Assembly (NCBI GenBank): GCA_038893995.1 | Contig: JAWAQK010000062.1 | Coordinates: 1-12,626, forward strand | Length of the DNA stretch: 12,626 nucleotides | Direction: 5' to 3' | Source of the DNA: Candidatus Thorarchaeota archaeon | GTDB lineage: Archaea; Asgardarchaeota; Thorarchaeia; Thorarchaeales; Thorarchaeaceae | Part shown: piece after piece, positions 7,456 to 12,626 of the stretch | How positions within the stretch are numbered: the stretch's first letter is position 1 | Layout: every line of letters begins with the position of its first letter | Position numbers and translations under genes: made by a program | The notes under the pieces: model-generated | What the model was told of the DNA's origin: nothing | The model's database searches: none | Seen by the model: only the letters and a program-made list of their open reading frames with translations

Positions 7456-8664
7456 GTGAATTTTCCATTCTTGACGCCCTTCCTAGAGGGCATCCGGCTG
7501 ATGTGGCAGGACAAGAAGCTTCGGTGGCTCTTCATTGTGTTCCTGCTCTCATCATTGTTCATAACGGTAATCGGAAGTATTGCTGCGCGCCTCCTCGCGC
7601 CGCTGAGTCAGGGCCTGCTGTTGTCAGTCTATGTTGTGACTGCGGGGACTTGGCCAGTGTTCTTCATGCTGTGCACCATTCTGTCAATTGCGCATCTGCA
7701 GAGACTCTTTGTTTCAGACGAGTCCTATGGGCGATCATTTGGCCTGATGGTACCGTGGCTCGTCGTCAGTGCAGTGTTGAACGTGGTCCTCATCACAGTG
7801 TCTCAGATGACCTACTTCGTGCTGATGTTTGGAGTCGCTTTCTTGGGATGGATCTCCTTCCAGGCCTTCTTTGCCACAAGCGCATCAATTCACTACGCAG
7901 ACACTGTCCAGGCCCATGTATCACGGGTCAGCAGTATTCTCTCGCTATTCAGCAACCTGGCCTGTTATGCCATCGTGGTTGGCAGTCTCATCTTCGGCTT
8001 TGCCATCAACCTGTTCAACCTGGAGCTTGCACGTGTTGCCTTGATACTGATGGGCACTGGTCTTGCACTCCTGTTCAATTTCGTCAACGGTGTGCTCATC
8101 GTTCGTCATCGACATCGGTCCACGCTCGGAAACATCGTCCTACTGGGTCTCTTTGTGGCGGTCTACTCTGCCTACTTCATCTACAGTGCAGCAACAGCCA
8201 CCGTACTGGGTATCGATCCAATCGCCTGGTCACTGTCCCTGTTCTTCGTACTATACACGGTCAGTCGTGTGTCACGGACACTGTCCAGTCGTGCCAACAT
8301 CGATACCCGATGGAAGATGTCTGTTGACACTGCGGTCCCGCTCACGTTCTTTCTCGCATCGGGCTACTACTTCACCGATATGCTCCTGCCCCTGCTCACA
8401 GTGGTGGAACCCGACTTTGGTGCCTCGCTGTCCGACATAGTCAGACTTCTGACATTCACACTGGTCGCACTCATCATGCAACTCGTGTATCTGAGGAAGC
8501 TGGGCAGGACTTCTCAACGTAGTGAGGCAGAGCCGACCAGGACTCCGCCTACCGTGCCGGCGCCCGCTCCTACCAGCGTCGAGACAGCTGAAGATGTACC
8601 AGGATCTGACCATGCGGGGCAAGAGGTCGGAGAGGAATCGGGAGCTGAGGATGAGCAGGTCTGA
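7456..8664 (+). CDS. Hypothetical polytopic membrane protein (about 10 TM) with Pro/Thr-rich and acidic C-terminal tail
   Basis: 402 aa with SD GGAGGA at 7444-7449 before the GTG. About 10 hydrophobic segments counted by eye; tail EPTRTPPTVPAPAPTS..EEVGEESGAEDEQV-like. No family recognised. Confidence 0.85.
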   Translation: MNFPFLTPFLEGIRLMWQDKKLRWLFIVFLLSSLFITVIGSIAARLLAPLSQGLLLSVYVVTAGTWPVFFMLCTILSIAHLQRLFVSDESYGRSFGLMVPWLVVSAVLNVVLITVSQMTYFVLMFGVAFLGWISFQAFFATSASIHYADTVQAHVSRVSSILSLFSNLACYAIVVGSLIFGFAINLFNLELARVALILMGTGLALLFNFVNGVLIVRHRHRSTLGNIVLLGLFVAVYSAYFIYSAATATVLGIDPIAWSLSLFFVLYTVSRVSRTLSSRANIDTRWKMSVDTAVPLTFFLASGYYFTDMLLPLLTVVEPDFGASLSDIVRLLTFTLVALIMQLVYLRKLGRTSQRSEAEPTRTPPTVPAPAPTSVETAEDVPGSDHAGQEVGEESGAEDEQV

Positions 8665-8712
8665 GGCATCCTGCTGTGCGTCAGTCTGCACAACCCTGCA
8701 CACGGGCAACAA

Positions 8713-8727
8713 CAAATGTTCATAAGT
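8713..8727 (+). promoter_or_regulatory. Putative BRE/TATA-like promoter of the large surface protein gene
   Basis: CAAATGTTCATAAGT. Standard archaeal spacing places the transcription start near 8746-8750. Confidence 0.35.
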
Positions 8728-8745
8728 CTATTCTTACATGGTCTA

Positions 8746-8801
8746 ATGGTTTCGCTGTTGCTGGTCGAGAGCTACTCCGTTCCAGCACGGTGAGATTCCA
8801 T
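8746..8801 (+). promoter_or_regulatory. 5'-leader stem-loop ending just before the SD (AAGGAGG 8805-8811)
   Basis: Hand fold: 8746-8764 pairs with 8782-8801, giving 18 bp (3 G-U) with two small bulges. Confidence 0.5.
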
Positions 8802-8815
8802 ATCAAGGAGGACAA

Positions 8816-11284
8816 GTGTTGAAACCAATAAAGACGATTGGACTGTTTCTGGCGCTGTGCCTGGTGTTCACCGTTGGCGGACCCATGCTGGCAAGGGAAA
8901 CAGTAGTCACGCCCCAATTCGTCGTTATGAACGACAGAGTCGTGCATTCTAGTTCTGGTCCGCATATTGGGACGATCGAGGGAATAACTACCGAGATTGA
9001 TGCATGGGGCGGAGTGACTGCCAGTATCGTGACATTGCAGAACATGAGCCACTACAACCACGTCCACATAGGGAAGGTCACTGACAAGATCAGTGCCCAG
9101 TTGAGCAGCAAGGACGGTTTTGTGGCAACGGTGACGTTCAGCCTCTCTGGACTGACTCCGTATCCAAACGGTGTGGTCGGACCGCCGATTGCCACTCTGG
9201 ACCTGGTGGTTCTTCCAGTGGTGATAGTTCCTGCCGTCCGCACGGACGTCTATGTTGCAGATCTGACGACCCTGGAGGCGATCCAGATCGCAGATGAGAT
9301 AGTGTCGGTCTATGAGGGCGATCTGAACATCAACCTAGAGCGTCTGTGGCTGTCGAGGAGCACCTTTTACACCTACTTCGACTATGGCGTACCACAAATG
9401 CTGCTGGAGGGCAACATGTACAGGATGCAGTACGTTGCACAGCTGAGCTCTGCAGCGGGATCCAACACAGTCTCAGCGTATCGGTCTATCCTGGCCCAGA
9501 TGGGTGGGTTCATGAGCATAGCAGGAGGAACAGATTGGAACAATCTCCTCACGACAGCTGCTGAGATGGTGCAAGCCGCCTACTGGCTCCCCGATTACTG
9601 TAGCCCAAGTGGATTCATGGTGTCTGAGCTGCTTGAATCGTACAGCGGTGCCTATCTCAGGGCTGACCCAGTCCACACGGACCTTGTCACAGAGGTCCAG
9701 TATGCTGCAATTGGGGTCGTAGGTTTCACCCAACCCGGCGTAGTACAGGCCGTAGATGGCGACGAGACATACGCTATTGCAGACCACCTTGGATTCACCG
9801 GCCCGATAAAGAACAAGATGCAGGAGGATCCATCCTGTCAATCTCTCTCTGTGGTGATGGGTTTTGCCCCTGGCTCTCTGTCTATCGACGGCATTCCGTC
9901 GCAGTGGTACTCGATTGACGACCAGTACCGGGTTCCCGAAGAGATCGAGCTTCCAGGCGGAGTAGTCATTCCCCCCAACTCGACTCTGTCCGAGATCGTC
10001 CGACTGTTAATGACCTACATGCCAATCGAGATTGGCCTCCTCCTAAATGAGGAGATCGGATCGATTGACCCGACTGCCTTCGACGAGTTTGTCGACTACC
10101 TGTGGGGAGGAGGTGCAACCACATTCCCGAACATGTCTGAATGGATACATCAGATGAACTTCTCTGAGATCGAAACTGCTGTCGAGGAGATGAACCTCGA
10201 CCTTCTTGCCAGTCTGATGGCCGGAGCAGGCATGAATCCGAATGCACTGATGGACCGGATTGACGACACCCTCTACTCACAGGACCCGATTGCTGCGCTT
10301 GTCAAGGCATTCTTTGATTACTTCGACTACTACCACGTGTTTGACATTCTCGATAATGACACCTACCCCAACATGCCATCGGTCAATGACTACTTCAGCA
10401 CTCTTGGTAACGCCGTGAAACAGTTCCTAAAGGACTTTGCCGGCTTCGACCTCCCGTCTGAGTTCTCCACGAAGGCCGAGTTTGCAGCCTTTGTGCAGCA
10501 GCACTGGGAGATCTCGCTTCAGGCCATATTCACCGCAATGACCAGCAACGACGCAGCGGCACTGAAGACTGCGATCCAGAATGCTCTCAATGTGGAGAAC
10601 CTGCAGCAACACATCACGCCGTACCTGATGGCAGACCTGGGATCGTCAATGATGAATGGCATTGGATTCGCGATCGCCATCAACACGGACTTCTCAAGTG
10701 GAGTCTACGGTCTACTGGCAGACGACCTGGTCTTCACATTCGAGGCGGAACTTGACTCGCTCGTGATAGACGGTCCATTCCTCTCGGTCACAAAGATACA
10801 CTATATCGCGGGTCAATCAGGAACTTCGGCTGCATCCTCCGTGAAGGTCGGCGATAAGATAACCTTCAACATCACCGTGAAGAACTATGGCTCCGAGACT
10901 GCCTACAACGTCAAGGTCCTTGACGGAATGAGCGCTGGGCTTGACGGTGACAGGGAGTTCTACTGGACGAGAGCCTCACTTGCTCCAGGAGCGTCTTGGG
11001 TCATCAGCTTCGAGGTGGACGCAGTCGAGGCAGGACTCTTCATGGACTATCCTGTCATCTGTGTGTACTTCAATGCCAGCCTAAGCGAATTTGACCCGAG
11101 TGACCCTATGGCGTGGGGTGGAACGGCACGGTACACGACCTCCGCACGCGGCTACATGGTCATGATCAGTACTCCCAACTGGTGGGAAGGAACCATCTTC
11201 GGTATTCCAACCCTGTACGTCGTTGCCGGAATTGCGGGGGCTGCAGTGGCTGGTGTGGCCATCCTGCTGATACGGAGACGTTAG
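8816..11284 (+). CDS. Large secreted, C-terminally membrane-anchored cell-surface protein with a DUF11/CARDB-like Ig-fold domain
   Basis: 822 aa with strong SD AAGGAGG. N-terminal signal peptide (MLKPIKTIGLFLALCLVFTVGG), acidic helical middle, Ig-like motif VKVGDKITFNITVKNYGSETAYNVKVLD (from 10841), C-terminal TM helix plus RRR, and seven N-x-S/T sequons. Confidence 0.88.
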   Translation: MLKPIKTIGLFLALCLVFTVGGPMLARETVVTPQFVVMNDRVVHSSSGPHIGTIEGITTEIDAWGGVTASIVTLQNMSHYNHVHIGKVTDKISAQLSSKDGFVATVTFSLSGLTPYPNGVVGPPIATLDLVVLPVVIVPAVRTDVYVADLTTLEAIQIADEIVSVYEGDLNINLERLWLSRSTFYTYFDYGVPQMLLEGNMYRMQYVAQLSSAAGSNTVSAYRSILAQMGGFMSIAGGTDWNNLLTTAAEMVQAAYWLPDYCSPSGFMVSELLESYSGAYLRADPVHTDLVTEVQYAAIGVVGFTQPGVVQAVDGDETYAIADHLGFTGPIKNKMQEDPSCQSLSVVMGFAPGSLSIDGIPSQWYSIDDQYRVPEEIELPGGVVIPPNSTLSEIVRLLMTYMPIEIGLLLNEEIGSIDPTAFDEFVDYLWGGGATTFPNMSEWIHQMNFSEIETAVEEMNLDLLASLMAGAGMNPNALMDRIDDTLYSQDPIAALVKAFFDYFDYYHVFDILDNDTYPNMPSVNDYFSTLGNAVKQFLKDFAGFDLPSEFSTKAEFAAFVQQHWEISLQAIFTAMTSNDAAALKTAIQNALNVENLQQHITPYLMADLGSSMMNGIGFAIAINTDFSSGVYGLLADDLVFTFEAELDSLVIDGPFLSVTKIHYIAGQSGTSAASSVKVGDKITFNITVKNYGSETAYNVKVLDGMSAGLDGDREFYWTRASLAPGASWVISFEVDAVEAGLFMDYPVICVYFNASLSEFDPSDPMAWGGTARYTTSARGYMVMISTPNWWEGTIFGIPTLYVVAGIAGAAVAGVAILLIRRR

Positions 11285-11300
11285 TTCTGTACTAGTGCGA

Positions 11301-11328
11301 GCTCGCGGCCAGGCCCTTGGTCGCGGGC
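11301..11328 (+). terminator. Terminator-like hairpin after the surface protein gene
   Basis: GCTCGCGGCCA pairs with TGGTCGCGGGC (11 bp, 2 G-U, 6-nt loop), followed by the pyrimidine run TCTTCTCTTCC. Confidence 0.5.
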
Positions 11329-11376
11329 ACCATCTTCTCTTCCGGCTCTCTCTTGAGATATCTCGTGTGTTTTCAA

Positions 11377-11392
11377 CCGAATCCTTTTATCC
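11377..11392 (+). promoter_or_regulatory. Putative BRE/TATA box for rubredoxin
   Basis: CCGAATCCTTTTATCC, with TTTTAT at 11385-11390, about 68 nt upstream of the ATG. Confidence 0.35.
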
Positions 11393-11457
11393 TACCGGAC
11401 TCACGTGCATGCAACCTGTGCCAGCTGAGCACAGCATCGATGAAGGAGAACAGATGA

Positions 11458-11619
11458 ATGGCTCGCTATGAGTGTCTGGTCTGTGGGTACGTCTACGACG
11501 AGGAACTGGGTGACGAGGACTCCGGGATTGCCCCCGGCACAAAGTTTGAGGACCTACCTGACGACTGGGTATGTCCCATGTGTGGGGCCAGCAAGGAGGA
11601 CTTCCAGAAGATCGACTAG
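11458..11619 (+). CDS. Rubredoxin (53 aa), absent from the supplied ORF track
   Basis: Hand translation: [53 protein letters not shown]. It has two CxxCG knuckles and the [18 protein letters not shown] signature. SD AAGGAG at 11443-11448. Confidence 0.98.
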   Translation: MARYECLVCGYVYDEELGDEDSGIAPGTKFEDLPDDWVCPMCGASKEDFQKID

Positions 11620-11682
11620 GTCTAGTTCACTGCCCGGCAGTGTGTAGACAATCTGGAGGTGGGTCTGCGGACCCCCCTCTTT
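11620..11682. terminator. Tandem hairpins between the convergent rubredoxin and ABC permease genes
   Basis: Hairpin 1: GTCTA-GTT-CACTGC-CCG-GCAGTG-TG-TAGAC (11620-11649). Hairpin 2: GGAGGTGGGTC-TGCG-GACCCCCCTCT (11655-11680), followed by TT. Confidence 0.5.
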
Positions 11683-11757
11683 CCCACCGTCATTCCATGA
11701 GGCTCCATCTGTGATGCCCAGGGCACACTCATGCTGGTCTGTGCCTAACCTCTGTTC

Positions 11758-12626
11758 TCAGGTCCTGCCCCCTGACACGAGACTCAGTAGAGAGACGACA
11801 GTTCTCCTGCACGTCATTCTGGCACCGTAGTATGATGCGATCGCCGATACGCCCAGAGCTATTGCTAGTAGCGGTAAGATATGGACTGCAGAGAACAGGA
11901 ATGGCTGTCCTCCGAAGCGAGCCAGAATGTCTGACATACTGAGCTGACAACCAATGCCAACAACAATTCCGGCCGTACAACCAGGGATCATTGCTGTGCA
12001 GTGCTCGAGGGTGATCTCCCGGGCAATCTCTGCTTCTGAGACTCCCATCGCCATGAGCATACCAATCTCTCTTCTTCGTGCGGCCACTGTCGAGAGGCTG
12101 GTGACTAGTACACTGGCCACGGTTGAGATCACTATCATACCTACGGATGCGTCGACTACCGTCCTTACCATCAATAGTGCAGCCGCATAGTTAGCGGTGA
12201 TGCGAGACACCAGGACTGGAGTGACTCCGTGCATCTCCTCAAGCCGGCCCATGGTATCAGTAGTGTTTGCAGAGTGCACGATGACTGAGCTGACGTCAAA
12301 CCGACCATCGCCGTACGTCTGTGCCCACGTGCTTGGTCCGACAATGACTACGCTCTCATATATCGCCGCGACTACATAGATTGGTACTGCAGATGTGCAC
12401 ACACCGACGACTGTCAACTCCGCCCCAGATGCGGTGCGCACGGAGCTGCCCAGTTCGAGGTCATAGGTCTTGGCAAGATACTCTGACACCACACATGATG
12501 ATGGGTCGTCCAGTATTCCGAACCCACGAGTGATGTTGACGGATCTCAACAGGCTCACCGCCGACAGTTGACCAAAGTGAGTAGTCTGCACCCCAACCAC
12601 TAGACCAAGGACGGACCTCCAGCCAG
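11758..12626 (-). CDS. ABC transporter permease, FtsX/MacB-like, 5'-truncated at the window edge
   Basis: Motif RRREIGMLMAMGVS..EIAREITLE between TM helices, preceded by a MacB-like extracytoplasmic segment (CVVSEYLAKTYDLELGSSV..LTVVGV). The frame stays open from 12600 to the edge (GWRSVLGL). Confidence 0.85.
   Translation of the reverse strand, partial: GWRSVLGLVVGVQTTHFGQLSAVSLLRSVNITRGFGILDDPSSCVVSEYLAKTYDLELGSSVRTASGAELTVVGVCTSAVPIYVVAAIYESVVIVGPSTWAQTYGDGRFDVSSVIVHSANTTDTMGRLEEMHGVTPVLVSRITANYAAALLMVRTVVDASVGMIVISTVASVLVTSLSTVAARRREIGMLMAMGVSEAEIAREITLEHCTAMIPGCTAGIVVGIGCQLSMSDILARFGGQPFLFSAVHILPLLAIALGVSAIASYYGARMTCRRTVVSLLSLVSGGRT

Noticed and set aside
7503-8327. 274-aa alternative-frame ORF and the many other nested or antisense ORFs in the track
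   Set aside because: They lie within well-supported genes and have the Cys/Arg/His/Pro-rich composition of shadow frames.
7456-8664. Archaeosortase/exosortase for the neighbouring C-terminally anchored protein
   Set aside because: No CxG..NxxR..H/R catalytic pattern is visible in the expected order.
11638-11643. Exact IRE loop hexamer CAGTGT just after rubredoxin
   Set aside because: It lies in a stem arm, and its flanks cannot pair to present it as a loop.
1-12626. CRISPR array, transposase/integrase, tRNA or rRNA
   Set aside because: No regularly spaced repeats, terminal inverted repeats, recombinase motifs or cloverleaf/rRNA signatures were seen.

Overview
A gene-dense window that is probably archaeal. 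The TldD/TldE pair carries motifs I associate with archaeal members of that family, and there are TATA/BRE-like boxes and GGAGG(TG) Shine-Dalgarno (SD) sites. An Asgard (Thorarchaeota-like) origin is only a guess from protein style. Gene order: saccharopine/L-lysine 6-dehydrogenase-family enzyme (-); a ~400-nt divergent intergenic region; translationally coupled tldD-tldE/pmbA (+); a divergent fdhD lacking the usual Cys loop (-); a DHA2-type MFS transporter (+); a WCKDC thioredoxin-like protein (+); a ~10-TM hypothetical membrane protein (+); an 822-aa secreted, C-terminally anchored surface protein with a DUF11/Ig-like domain (+); a 53-aa rubredoxin missing from the ORF track (+); and a truncated FtsX/MacB-like ABC permease (-). 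I found no CRISPR array, rRNA, tRNA, mobile element or stop-codon recoding. The most notable unexplained signal is non-coding: most intergenic gaps fold by hand into hairpins. These include a 21-bp stem after tldE, an 18-bp 5'-leader stem before the surface protein, SD-sequestering stems for both fdhD and the MFS gene, and hairpins flanking rubredoxin. All folds and family assignments were made by eye, without computation or database searches.
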